64,000 bases of DNA from Octopus bimaculoides (lineage: Eukaryota): positions 146,146,902 through 146,210,901 of the forward strand of contig NC_068983.1 of NCBI RefSeq assembly GCF_001194135.2, written 5' to 3'. Positions within the stretch are counted from its first letter, which is position 1. Each line of letters opens with the position of its first letter. Under the pieces are notes generated by a model. That model saw nothing but the letters and a program-made list of their open reading frames with translations, was not told the DNA's origin and made no database searches. Both the position numbers and the translations under genes were made by a program. Below are positions 37,912 to 51,313 of this stretch, in pieces.

Positions 37912-38200
37912 ATAGATATATAATTGTTAAAGAGGATAAAAAACATTAAAGCAAGACAAACATCTCAAGTTATATACATTATTATTATTGGAAAAAAATT
38001 CAAAAACCCCTTCTCAATTCATTAATCTATACTCTTCTCATTTTTTCTATTTGTCTCCGATGACAGAATAGCCCATATTCTGGGATATCCCAGAAACAGC
38101 TGTAAGACTTTCAATTTTTTCCAATAATAATAATGTTATGAATTGAAATGTTTGCTTTGCTTTAACGTTTGTTGTCCTCTTTAACAATTATATATCCACT
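37912..38200. mobile_element. Penelope-like end: inverted arms of about 90 bp around a hammerhead-like motif
   Basis: 37912-38003 is a diverged reverse complement of about 38110-38200. Between them is GUCU CCGAUGA [stem II region] GAAA CAG-CUG UA^AGAC (38053-38108, plus strand). Confidence 0.7.
38053..38108 (+). ncRNA. Degenerate type I hammerhead motif
   Basis: Stem I GUCU/AGAC, core CCGAUGA and GAAA, palindromic stem III CAGCUG, GUA triplet. The stem II closing pair is broken (C...A). Confidence 0.6.
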
Positions 38201-38345
38201 ATATCGGAAATCTACAATGGCTACATAACTACCATCTCGGCTATAACCTTGGAGCCCTAGAAATCCATTACAGCACTTACCTTGCGTACCTAGTCATTTA
38301 GATCACCTGTGAACTAAACCCCCATATTTTGTATGTATGTATGTA

Positions 38346-38405
<60 letters not shown>

Positions 38406-38409
38406 TATT

Positions 38410-38945
38410 ATAGTTGGGTAGGCCAGTTTATGGGGTTACCCTGGGTTTCTCACACATAAGGAGTTAGCCTTACGGCATATCTTCAGACCCCAAACACTGC
38501 TGGCCTGAGACCTCTTTAAAACATGGAGCTTACGGGGTTACTACATAAATACAAATATATGAACATATGCATTTTATGTGCATGCGTACACATATATGTA
38601 CACACACATACATACATACATACATAGCCCTGTGTTGAGAGGAATTCTTTGGGGTTTGGATAATTCACCCCTGGAAACATGGGTGTTTCGTTGAACATCT
38701 TTAAACAACCCTTATTCAGGGACTTTTTGAGTGGGATGAGCTACTCAACCTGACGAAAATTCCAACTGGGCCTCACCTGCAAGGTCATGCACTGTTCATC
38801 TTCATATGAGATCACCATGTCACGCACATATGGCTGTGATGCACGTGCCTGGTCTACCTTTATCAGACGGGTAGTCATGATGGGTATACTGGGCTTTGTA
38901 TATTTTACCCCAGTGTCACTTCGATGGCATGCACTGGTCTCTCAT
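38410..38945 (+). repeat. Unclassified GC-richer interspersed repeat interrupted by a microsatellite
   Basis: A composition shift between microsatellite tracts with no credible ORF. Family not assigned. Confidence 0.45.
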
Positions 38946-39438
38946 AAATATGTACATACATACATGACGATCACTTCAAGTCATCTCAATCAATCTACAT
39001 CACCCAGATAATCTGCATTACATATGTGTGTTCTGAGATGATTCTCAAGACTAGCAGTTCACCTGCAAGACTTCAAACAATTTCATTTTTTTAAATAATT
39101 TCAGTCAATGGATTGTGATGATGCTGGACGACCACTGTAAAAGGTTTTAGTTGAACAAATCAACTCCTTTACTTACTTATAAGTTCTATTGGCCACTTTT
39201 ACTGAACTCCTAAGTTATGGGAACATAAACTGACAGTGATTGTGTGACTATCAAGCAAACACAAAGACACACACACACACACACATTTCCCTCCCTCTCT
39301 TTCTCTCCATATATATATCAGCTGTAGAAACTCTGCCAGATCAGATTGGAGCCTGGTGCAGCCTTCTGGCTTGCCAGTCCTCAGTCAAATCGTCCAACCC
39401 ATACTAGCGTGGAAAGCGGACGTTAAACGATAATGATG

Positions 39439-39496
<58 letters not shown>

Positions 39497-39499
39497 TAT

Positions 39500-39835
39500 G
39501 GAGGTGCAATGGCCCAGTATTTAGGGCACCGGACTCGCGGTCGTAGGATCATGGTTTCGATTCCCAGACGGGGCATTGTGAGTGTCTATTGAACGAAAAC
39601 ACCTAAAGCTCCACCAGGCTCCGGCAGGGGGGGATGGGGGTTGCGAACCCTGCTGTACTCTTCCACCACGACTTTCTCTCACTCTTTCTTCCTGTTTCTG
39701 TTGTACTTGTATTTCAAAGGGCCAGCTTTGTCACACGCCGTGTCATGCTAAATCTCCCTGAAAACTACATTAAGAGTACACGTGTCTGTGGTGGGCTCAG
39801 CCACTTGCACGTTAATTTCACGAGCATGCTGTGCA
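39500..39835 (+). mobile_element. tRNA-derived SINE, 3'-truncated (same family as 28590-28968)
   Basis: Aligns by eye to the reverse complement of 28650-28968. Confidence 0.88.
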
Positions 39836-40311
39836 TGTTTCTTTGTCAAAAAAAAAAAGACCAGCCTGAAATATATGTTTCAACACACAGTTTCACACCA
39901 GGAATGTAACAACACAAATATATATAAACTTCTGCAGAGTTTATATAGCTTATTTGCAGTATGGTAATTTTATGCACTTTTATGTATCTTTCCAAACTGA
40001 GATTACTCTGACAAATTTTTCTACATGCAACATGAGTATCGTTGCCATATATATGAGGAAAATTATTATTAAATGCATCTCTATTTCACAAATTATGGCA
40101 TTATTTCATGTGGTTTTAGCAATAATCTATTTTCAGTTTCACTAAATTGCCATGAATACAGTTCCGAAAGAGTAATAAAAATCAAGTGAAATACAATCAC
40201 TCTACGTGTTTCAGTTGGCACTACAAGCCTCCGAAAGTATGTGTGTGCGTATGTATGAAACACACACACACTATATATGTGTGCACACGTGTGTCTGCGT
40301 GTATTATAAAG

Positions 40312-40346
<35 letters not shown>

Positions 40347-40407
40347 GATACAGATGGATGTATGCATGTGTATGCATAAAATATATGGTGACAAAAATAT
40401 GTATACA

Positions 40408-41070
40408 TACTCTTTTACTCTTTTCAGTCATTTGACTGCGGCCATGCTGGAGCACTGCCTTTATAGTCAAGCAAATCGCCCCCAGAGCTTATTCTTTGTA
40501 AGCCTAGTACTTATTCTATCGGTCTCTTTTGTCGAACCGCTAAGTTACGGGGGCACAACCACACCAGCATCGGTTGTCAAGCAATGCTGGGGGACAGACA
40601 CACAAACATATATATATTGCCAGTACTGCCGGACTAGCCCTAGTGCCGGTGGCACGTAAAAAACACCCACTACACTCTCAGAGTGGTTGGCGTTAGGAAG
40701 TGCATCCAGCTGTAGAAACTCTGCCAGATCAGATTGGAGTCTGATGTNNNNNNNNNNCAGCTGTAGAAACTCTGCCAGATCAGATTGGAGTCTGATGTAG
40801 CCATCTGGTTCGCCAGTCCCCAGTCAAATCGTCCAACCCATGCTACCATGGAAAGCAGACGTTAAATGATGATGATGATACATACATACACACACACACA
40901 CATATACGACGGGCTTCTTCCAGTTTCCGTCTACCAAATCCACTCACAAGGCTTTGGTGTGCCCAAGGCTATAGTAGAAGACACTTGCCCAAGGTGCCTC
41001 GCAATGGGACTGAACCCGGGGCCATGTGGTTGGTAAGCAAGCTACTTACCACACAGAACACTCCTGCGCC
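40408..41070 (-). mobile_element. Composite tRNA SINE with nested antiparallel (GAT)n-tailed element (about 40618-40879)
   Basis: SINE tail 40408-40610, plus-strand insert, SINE head 40905-41070. A 41-bp duplication spans the 10-N gap at 40748-40757. Confidence 0.85.
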
Positions 41071-42775
41071 TATATATACATATTTTTATCACCATATATT
41101 TTATGCATACACATGCATACATCCATCCCGCTAAATTTTCTTTGAGAACAATTCGGTCTTAGTAGACGCATTACATGTGATCTTCTTCTAGCACATTAGC
41201 CGTCCGCCTAGTGGTCTCCTTTATATATACACACATATATATATATCCACACACAGAATGAAATTGGTTTTATTTCTCTGTATTGTAGGGCAAACATCAT
41301 ACGCGTATGTATATATTTCCCTGTCCATCTCACTCTTCATATATATACATGTGTGTGTGTGTGTTTTGTGTGTGTGTCTCTCTCTCTCTTTCTCTGTGTG
41401 TGTGTGTACCTTAGGATGTTCAAATTTACACAGAATGAGAAATATAAAAAAAAATAATTTAGCAGCATAAACAATCAAATCAGAGAAAGTGATTTTAGTT
41501 TCTGATTTAGAAAACAGAGGAAAATAAATAAATAAATAAATCCTTATCAATATTGTAAAGCTACTTGTTTGGGATTTCTTTTTAATAGAAAATTAATGAC
41601 CGCAACCCCCAGGTTTTTTTTTTTTTTTTTTGACGCGACTACTTTAAACTGAGTCAACAGAAAACACTCACTAATCGTGTTTAACAAAACGAAAGGCATG
41701 AACTGCAGTGAATGGATGGATAGAAGCGAAAATACACACTAAAAGTCCTGGACCAGAGCAGTTCGATAGTTAAAAAGTAAAGGAAACTATTCCAATGAAA
41801 CTATGGTTTTACTATGTGCGATGTGGATATTTTTATTTCTTCCGGTTCTTTTATTCTACTCTTACTGCTTCTTCATATTTGTGTGGGTTTTTTTTAATTA
41901 AAATTCAGATTATAAGCCATTTCCTTTCACTCATCTTCACTTAACATCGCCAGGAACCACTTTGGGGGGAAATCATGCATTTTTTCAATGTTTCGTTAAA
42001 TCTTAAACCTAATGTTTTCCATTACGAGAAATTTATTAACTGTCATAGTTATTACAATATTTTTATTACTAATGTTTCGAATCTTACTCAAGGCGAACTT
42101 TGTTATCCCTCCAACAACGATAAAATGAAGTACCAGTCAAGTACCGGGTCGATGTAATCGCCTGTCCCCTCCCTTGCAAATTTCTTGTCTTGTGTGAGTA
42201 CATCAGAAATTTATTATCAAAACGGTAGTATAATATAAGCCTGACGGTGATAGCAATGGTAGTGGGGAGGGACAGTAATATCAACGATAAACCCTATAGA
42301 AAGGCACGAATGCTACAATCAACTCATTTCGCTCCATGTGTGGGTGTTGAGTGAAACCTGTGTATAAAATATATAGAATAATTTATCTTATTTACCTGTA
42401 ATATAAAATAAGCCTGACATGAGTTTCTGATTCTTCAAATGTGGTGGATAGATGATGGGCTAGCTGTCAGTCGGACGGCAAGGATGCTGCAAGCTACACG
42501 AAGAGAGAGTAACGTTGTTCTGGGGAACAGGTCAAGAGAGAATCTCTTTCTTTCCCCTCTTCCTATCCATCCCTACTCCTTCATTCCCTTGCTTTACTCT
42601 TATACAGCTAGCTTATTTACTCGTCCACTCGCTCCTTTTCTCTGTCTCTCCCATCCTTCTTTTTTTCTTCTTTTCCTCATTGAATTTTATATTCCCTATC
42701 ATTTCACTCTTACTAATTTATTCTTTTTCTCACCACATGTCTCAGCCTTACTTAACATTTCCTTCTTTATATATT

Positions 42776-42832
<57 letters not shown>

Positions 42833-45479
42833 NNNNNNNNNNNNNNNNNNNNNNNNNNNNNNNNNNNNNNNNNNNNNNNNNNNNNNNNNNNNNNNNNNNN
42901 NNNNNNNNNNNNNNNNNNNNNNNNNNNNNNNNNNNNNNNNNNNNNNNNNNNNNNNNNNNNNNNNNNNNNNNNNNNNNNNNNNNNNNNNNNNNNNNNNNNN
43001 NNNNNNNNNNNNNNNNNNNNNNNNNNNNNNNNNNNNNNNNNNNTATATATATATATATATATATCACCTTTTCTTATTTATCTCTCGTGGACTCACTACT
43101 TTATCTCCTATCTTTTCTCCTCCTCTGGTTCTGATAATCTCAGCTCTTAACTCCGAACTACCGAAATAGGCATGTTAAGTTGAACTAAGACTTGAAACTA
43201 AGGAAGCAACTTCGTAATGGGTCGAATATCGTATACAGATACAGCTTGAATGTAGCTGGGTATTTTCTATGGTGTATGGTGCGCTTTCATATATATGTGT
43301 GATTTCTCTATTGTATAAATGTACTGTCTGCGCGCCTTTAAGTGTATGTGCGGTGTCTCCGTTGTGTGTGTTCTATATGCAGTGTGCCTCACCTTCAAGC
43401 ATATATGTAGTTTCTCTGTGTTGTATGTATGCCTTCATACGCACGCTTGGTTGATGTTCTTCTGTTCTGTAATGTGCACTATATGCTCGACTTCGTATAT
43501 GTGTGGTTTCTCTTGCACAGTGTGTGCTTTGTGAGAAGAGCGCATTTCAGTAATGTTTGCTAGTGCGCTTCTTCAAGTGAGTGCGTGAAGATTGCAATGT
43601 TGCGTGTATTCGTGTTCCTGCATCTGTTTATGTCCGAACTCGTTTCAGTGTGTATGTGTGTGCGTCTGTGTGTGTGTGTGTGTACGTGCGTGTGCGTGTG
43701 CGTGTGTGTGCCTGTGTGTNNNNNNNNNNNNNNNNNNNNNNNNNNNNNNNNNNNNNNNNNNNNNNNNNNNNNNNNNNNNNNNNNNNNNNNNNNNNNNNNT
43801 CTGATTGTAAATTGCATATTGCAGAATTTTATTTTTGAAAAGTGATTCATCACTTTTTTTTTCCTATGCATCATTTTCATTTTAGTATTAAAATAAGGAC
43901 GAAAAACAATTCAAAACAATCCAAAAGAGATTTTGTAATGTCCAGGTTCAAACAAAAACTATATTTTCTTTTTTTTTTTTTAATGAAAAACATCTTATAT
44001 GATTGCTTTTTACTCGCTGTTTCGTTTTGATACAATCGTAAGAAGGTGTGTGTGTGTGTGTGTACGTGCGTGTGCGTGTGCGTGTGTGTGCCTGTGTGTT
44101 CCTTGATCCATGCCAACTATCCATGTTGGTGCAGCGCTGTTTCCAGAATCAGATGGGATGGTACCAGAAAAGATCATGTTTGTACGGGAATCTAGTAATC
44201 AATCTCGGAAATTTATTGGATATTTTAGATTTACGTTTATATTTTATTAAACGCTTGGTGCTTTCCGGAACTTATGTCACAATGGAAAGACAATTGGAAT
44301 ATAGATGCAAATACTTCTATATAGATGTGTGCGTGCGTGTGTGTGTGTGTGGTGTCAGGGTGTACGCGGAAATTATTAGTGATGCATCATTCGTTATCGA
44401 CTGATGTATTACTAACTACACACACACACACATATATATATTTCACATACATACATACATACACATATACATACATACATGCCTGTATTCACATACCAAA
44501 TGATGCATTACTAACAAATATATTCTTCAGATACTTTGATGCATATTGTGTATATACATATATGTATGGACGAACATATGTATCTATGTATAGCTAAAGA
44601 TTCGCACAATTATCTAGGAAATGGGCAAACCTGTTTTAATTTCAGTAAACTATAAAAAAGGGGAAATGAAATAACGTAAAAAGGGGTAGGTAACAATAGC
44701 GACAACAATAACACAAAAAGACAATCTTTTCCTCTTCCCCGTCTCCAGAACCATCTGCAAAAAAAACATCGACACAATGTTTAACAATGTTAAAAGTACA
44801 ATTAAATATAATTGTTAAAATAATTAACCTGATGGAGATGATGAATAAGGAGGGGTTGCTACTCTTTCTACTCCTCTTTTAGTTCTTGCTACTCTTTCCT
44901 TCCGAATTACAGATTCCTTTCTCTAGCAACGCGATGAGACGAAGTGACACCCTGTTAGGGTAGAGTCGTTGGCGTCGATTATTACACACATAAATACACG
45001 CGCGCGCACACATATACACATGTTTCACAAACAGGCACTCAACTTAAGTGGGAGCTGTTCGACATAAATGAGTCACAAAGCAAACTGGTAATTGATGTAC
45101 CGCTGTGGACTGGCTGCGGACGATATATAGGGACGAAGCCAACAAGACAAGTTGGAGGGGAGTGGTGCCGGCATCGAACTAGGATGCCTGATCTTGTATG
45201 TATGTGTGTGTGCGTATGTGTGTATATGTATATACTGTAGTAGTATTTAGGAGATAAACGGGAAGTTACCAGTTTCCTGTATCCCTTGTAAATGAATGGC
45301 AGCTAACACAAGTATAGAACTATCATATACACTCAGTGTGCATATGTATGAAGTGAATATGTGCGTTAGTATGTATGCACTGGAAAGAGATGCTCAGTTT
45401 GAATTTAACTGATGACTAAAATAAAATAAAAAACATGCATGTATGTGTATGTGTGTATGATTCATCACCTTTACATGCT

Positions 45480-46070
45480 TGCATGTATTAGACAAGTCTT
45501 CTCAAGCCCAGTGTTTTGCCACTTGTCGTGCTTGTCATTTTCATCCTCCTTAGATCAGACTTCTACAGTTCTTTCCATATCTTCCATAGGTTCCTTCTAT
45601 TTCAACCATTTAAGGCTTCTTCTGCCATTTGTACCACATATCCTTACCAGGACAATCACCTCTGTTGCAGACTACATCTGATTCATTTCTTACTTAGTCT
45701 CTCTGTCAGCCCATTTGTGTTTTAGTGTTCATGCATGCTAACATTACACATCAGGATTCAAAAACCCATGTTTCATTATCATACATTTCCTTATCATACA
45801 TCACACTACTTGCCCTTCAGTTGGAAAGAGAATCCTTTTACCAACAAAGGCAATAGTTCCCAAAACTTTTCCCACCCTTTTCTTATTCTCACTACTATAC
45901 TTCCAAAGCACCACCTCCACTGGTATCAAGATCACCTTGGTAACAAGGCTATCAAAAACCAGCTACTTGATAAAAAAATTACTTCAATAATATTCTTGCT
46001 GCTCGCAACTTTGGTGCATCTGTTACATATGGAAATCTTTTTCAATCAATCAGCTTGCCTATGACCCCTC
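45480..46070 (-). mobile_element. Decayed RTE LINE 3' portion
   Basis: The minus strand reads GWEKFWELLPLLVKGFSFQLKGK, matching the RTE pattern GWKKFRELLPLL..KG.SL..KG. Confidence 0.7.
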
Positions 46071-46364
46071 TTGTGCACCTGTGGTTTACAATGGGTGCAT
46101 CATCATCAACATCATCGTTTTGATGTCCATATTTCCTTACTTGTGTAGGTCAGATGGAATTTGTTGAGGTTAATTTTCTATAGTAGGATGCCCTTCCTGT
46201 CACCAATCCTTATCTGTTTCCAAATAAGGTAATATTTCCTCATGACCAGACATGTTTTCATGGACAATTGGAAACAAAGTGCTTGCATGATGGTGAAACT
46301 TGTATACAACCATCATGTAAAATCAAGGCAAGGAAACCGTAACACACATGCACACACACATCCA

Positions 46365-46397
<33 letters not shown>

Positions 46398-46894
46398 GTG
46401 TGTGTGTGTGAGTGTGTGTGTGTACGGCAAGCTTTTTGCAGTTTCCATCTGCTAAATCCACTCTCAAGGCTTTGGCTCTCTTGGGGGTCCACGGTATTAT
46501 GCAGTGGGACAGAACCCAAAACCATGTAGTTGGAAACCAAACTTCTTACCATGCAGCACAATTCCTACATACTCCTTTTTCTGCATATTGTGAGTAGGAT
46601 GTCAGTAGGATCCTGTTCTCACACCACTAAACTATTTTTTTTTTTTTTATGAAGATACTCAAAAGATGAAATTGAGGGTATAAAACCAGAACAATCAATG
46701 AATTGAGGGTAGCTGTTGAATGAGATTACACAAATACTACATGAAATATTTCCTGATACTTGTGATTCCACTGTTTCACATTATCAGCAGTGCCTGGACC
46801 AGAACAATCATCAGTTTGAAAACAGGCATTCATAAAATAATTACATTCTTTCTGTTGACTCTATTACATTTTGAAAATGAAATGTATTTTAACA

Positions 46895-46930
46895 AACACT
46901 GGTGTACACATTTTTGGTGGGAACACCCTG
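46895..46930. mobile_element. Isolated mariner-type terminal inverted repeat
   Basis: The reverse complement CAGGGTGTTCCCACCAAAAATGTGTACAC resembles CAGGGTG-type mariner termini. I found no partner TIR. Confidence 0.4.
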
Positions 46931-47018
46931 TGTGTATATACATGTGTGTGTGTGTGTGTCTAAACAGAGAGGGACAGACAGGCAGGCAGGCAGGTAGAGA
47001 CACGGATATACATACAAA

Positions 47019-47362
47019 TGTAGGATTCAAGGACGTCTGCAAGAGATATATGAAGTCAATAGATCTGGATGTCCTGAGATGGGAGGAGGTTGCAAATGAT
47101 TGTCCACACTGGAAACAAGTAGCACACAAGGGGATGGGGTAAGGGGAAGAAAACCTGGAATTTGCCACCAAAGAAAAGCATGGCAGAAGAAAGTGAAAGT
47201 CAGTAGTGCCAGTGGAGAGCCTCTTCAAATGCAGTCGCTGCATGCAAGACTTCCACTCCCATGTGGGCCTGTACAGCCACAGCAGACACTGCACAACCCT
47301 CAGCAGCTAACACAAAATTCTCCAGGCACAGATCTATGGTCTTTCAAGACTCATAGATGCCT
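47019..47362 (+). mobile_element. RTE (BovB-like) LINE 3' end with C-terminal zinc-finger remnant
   Basis: FKDVCKRYMKSID...W...A.D...W and [23 protein letters not shown], followed by a short 3'UTR ending GATGCC. Confidence 0.8.
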
Positions 47363-47482
47363 ATCTGATCTGATATATGTATATACATTTATGTGTATGT
47401 ATATACACACATACACACACACACACATATATATATATGTATATACTCTTATATGTCTATGTATATACACATACACATATAT

Positions 47483-47552
<70 letters not shown>

Positions 47553-47634
47553 GTGTGTTTGTGTGAGTATATATAATATATGTATCATATATATATATAC
47601 ACATATATATATATACACATATATATACATATAT

Positions 47635-47687
<53 letters not shown>

Positions 47688-48039
47688 ATTTGTATAAATA
47701 CATACAAACGCAATTACAGATGCACAATTGATATAACAGGGCATCTATTTTGCTGGCCTAATGGGAAAAAAGTTCCGTGTGATTATCCCCTTACATACAA
47801 TATTTTAAATTAATGGGTTATTCCCCTCCTGCCTAAAAAAAATAGCATAAAATTAATAATAATAAACATTGGAATATCCAATAAATATAAAAATGTTTTG
47901 TAGCCCCTGAAATGCAGTTATTATATGTTTATTACTTGCAAATAACTTCCAAATTAATGATAGGGTTGAATATTTTGACCAGAAGGGGAAAACAAAATGT
48001 CCTGGAAACGATGGGTTAATTCATTTCGTTCTACTGCTG

Positions 48040-48522
48040 CTGCTTTTGCACCTGATGATGATGGTGGTGGCAGCGGTGGCGGTGGTGGTGGCAGCGGTGG
48101 TGGTGGTGGTGCACCAGTGGTAAAGGGACAATGACTGGAAGAAGCATAGTGGGGGGGTAGTGGGAATAATGATGGTAGCAATTGTAGTGATGATGATATT
48201 GGTAGTGGTGATGGTTGTTGTAGTGGTGGAGATGGTGATGATGCTGATGATCTAGAAACTGATGATGATGATCCTCAAGCTGCTGCTGATGATGATGATT
48301 CATGGTGATGGAAGAGAAGATGGTGGGAGTGGTGGTTGTGATGAAGATGATGGTGTTGGTGGTAGTGGTGGCAGCAGCGGCGGTGTTAGTGTAGCGATGG
48401 TGATACTTGGGGTATATGATAATGGTCTTGAAGATGATGCTGGTGTTGGTGGTGGAGGTGACGACGGTGGTGATAATGATGGGGATGATGGTGATGTTCT
48501 TAGTTAATGATGATGATGATGA
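48040..48522. repeat. Low-complexity (GGT/GAT/GCA)n trinucleotide tract
   Basis: Directly visible. It is the source of the His/Thr-rich and Gly/Asp-rich pseudo-ORFs. Confidence 0.9.
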
Positions 48523-48882
48523 CAATGTTTTTCTCATTATTTCTAGTTGCTGTGGAACCCCATTCATTCTGCCGCCAGGACCTAAATTGTGCGTCAAAGA
48601 GCTTGGCAATTTCCCTTTTTATTAATTATCTGCCACACAGTTCTAAAGCTTCCTTTCAAAGTCCCATTATGCTACACTATAAAAGGATTCTCGGAAGAAT
48701 AATCCCTAATAATATTGAAATAATAATACTTTCCAATTCTTCTTGTTTTTTTATTAATTTATTACATATCTTATCTTTATGTTAAAATAAGTGTGTGTGT
48801 GTATTATTACATATATTTTTTATATTTTTCATATATAACTATATATATTTATATGAGATATATATATATATGAAATATATAC

Positions 48883-48919
<37 letters not shown>

Positions 48920-48929
48920 NNNNNNNNNN

Positions 48930-48974
<45 letters not shown>

Positions 48975-49203
48975 ATATAGATATATTTTTTCATATATAT
49001 CTATGTTTGTACATGTACACACACACACATGCACAAATACACACATATTCCATTATATATCTGCTTTGTATATGTATTTCATTAATTATATATATTGTTT
49101 ATTTATATCAACATATATTTATTTATTAAAAATATATTTTATTACTGTTATTTTATTCATTTTAAATTTTATTTTATTACATATATATATATATGTATAT
49201 GTA

Positions 49204-49294
<91 letters not shown>

Positions 49295-50246
49295 CAATTA
49301 GAAAATGGAGGATAATATGCTGAACCCAACTACTTGCAGACGGTGTATCCCGTTGAATTCATTAATTTAATTCATAGCAAAAGTGACAAAAAAAAGGAAG
49401 AAAAGAAAAAGAAAGAAAGAACCAAAGCACAGGTGTCTATGGCAGACTATGTTATTTTGCCAACATGGTTTACATATAGAAGTACAAAGTACATAAGGAA
49501 TTAGAGGATGAAAACCCCCAACCCCTAACTCTCTCACGTTATATATATATATATATATATATATATGCATATACATATATGCGTATGTACATACATTATA
49601 TATGTGTGTATATATACCATATATGTGTGTGTGTGTTTCATAATGCACATGTATCATATATGTGTGCTGTGTTTAATGTATTTATTTTATTGTACAAAAT
49701 ATATTCTGTTGTAACTGTTAGGCATCATTTATTGGCTTATTAAATTAAGTTCCACTGGAAGCGTTTTAATTCTGTATATTTATTCACTTACAAGTGAATT
49801 TTATTTGATCATATTTTGATTTCATTCCTTATTGCTCTTTTTGAAATATGAAAAATACAAATAAAAAACAGAAAAGACTTTCTCCAATATATCTTGTTCA
49901 TTGAAAAAGTAAACTGTATGTTTGTGTAAGAAAAGCTAAAAATGTATGCATGCATATATGTGTGAATCTGTTCCTTTATGGTATCACATTCACCTAGCTG
50001 TTTATATTCATTTTTAGTATGTATATATATATATATTATTTTATTATTTTGTTCATTTACTTGTTTCAGTTATCTGACTGCGGCCATGCTGGAGCACCAG
50101 AACAAATTGACCCCAGGACTTATTCTTTTGTAAGCCTAGTACTTATTCTATCAGTCTCTTTTGCCGAACTGCTAACTTAAACGTAAACACACCAACATCT
50201 GTTGTCAAGCGATGATGGAGGGACAAACACAGACACACAAACATAT

Positions 50247-50285
<39 letters not shown>

Positions 50286-50287
50286 AT

Positions 50288-51313
50288 TAGGGGTTGGATA
50301 AAATAATGGAAACATCTAGCATCATAATTTTGAAATATCTATATAACCGTCAAAAGCTTGTTTATTTTCAATTTTTTATTTATTTATTATTAGTCTTGCT
50401 TAATACATTTTGCTAAAATTGCTGTTTCTTTTCAGATTTCATCACAAAAAGGTAATTCAAATTCATTAAAATGACAGATCTATCAGACTTTCAAAGACGT
50501 CAAATTGTTGATGCTCGTATGGCAGGCATTAGCGTAACGTAAACAGCCAAAATGTTTAATATATCAAGAAGTACTGTCTTGAAAGTAATGACAGCTTTGA
50601 GAAAGAGGGGAAAACCTCCTCATTGAAACAAAACTCCGGAAGAAAACCAAAACTTTCAGACAGGGACCGTCGGACTCTTACGCGAATTGTTAGAAAAGAT
50701 CATAAAAGGACAGCTCCCAAAAATTACTGCAGAGCTTAATGACCACCTCAAGAACCCAGTTTCTACAAAAACTGTTCACCAGGAGCTGCACAAAGCCAGA
50801 TTTCATGGGAGGGCTGCAATCAGAAAACCACTACTTTCAAAAACATAAGTTGCAAAGCATTTAGAATGGAGTAAAAACCTACAGAATTAGTCTCCAGAGC
50901 AGTGGAGGAAGGTTATTTTCTTGGACGAGTCATCCTTTACCTTATTTCCGACCATTGGCCGAGTATGCATGCGGAGACTGCCAAAAGAAGCATTTGACCC
51001 AGACTGCCTTCTTCCAACTGTCAAACATGGAGGAGGATCTGTGATAATCTGGGGGGCTATATCTTAGAAATCCACCAGCCCAATGGTTTCCCTTCATGGC
51101 AGAATTAATAGTCAAGTCTATTTAAGCATTTTATCAGATCAAATTTATCCTTTGGTTGCAGAACTGTTTCTGGAGGGAAATGCAATCTTTCAGGATGATA
51201 ATGCATCAATTCACACAGCTAAAGTTGTTACTGAATGGCACGAGGAACATTCTAGTGGAGTTGAACATCTTATCTGGCCACCACAGTACCCAGATCTGAA
51301 TATTATTGAACCT
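50288..51313 (+). mobile_element. Decayed, 3'-truncated Tc1/mariner transposon with DD36E transposase
   Basis: Left TIR-like AGGGGTTGGATAAAATAATGGAAAC. ATG at 50471 (MTDLSDFQR..IV.AR.AG), then GRKPKLS, FLDES, VKHGGGSV.IWG, FQDDNA and WPPQYPDLNIIE. 36 residues lie between D2 and E. Several stops and frameshifts. Confidence 0.92.

Noticed and set aside
43667-44099. Identical compound (TG/CG) microsatellite at about 43667-43719 and 44046-44099
   Set aside because: The first copy ends at an N gap, so this is most likely a scaffolding duplication.
48031-48609. 192-aa His/Thr/Pro-rich ORF
   Set aside because: Low-complexity trinucleotide tract that is open in several frames on both strands, with no domain or splice support.
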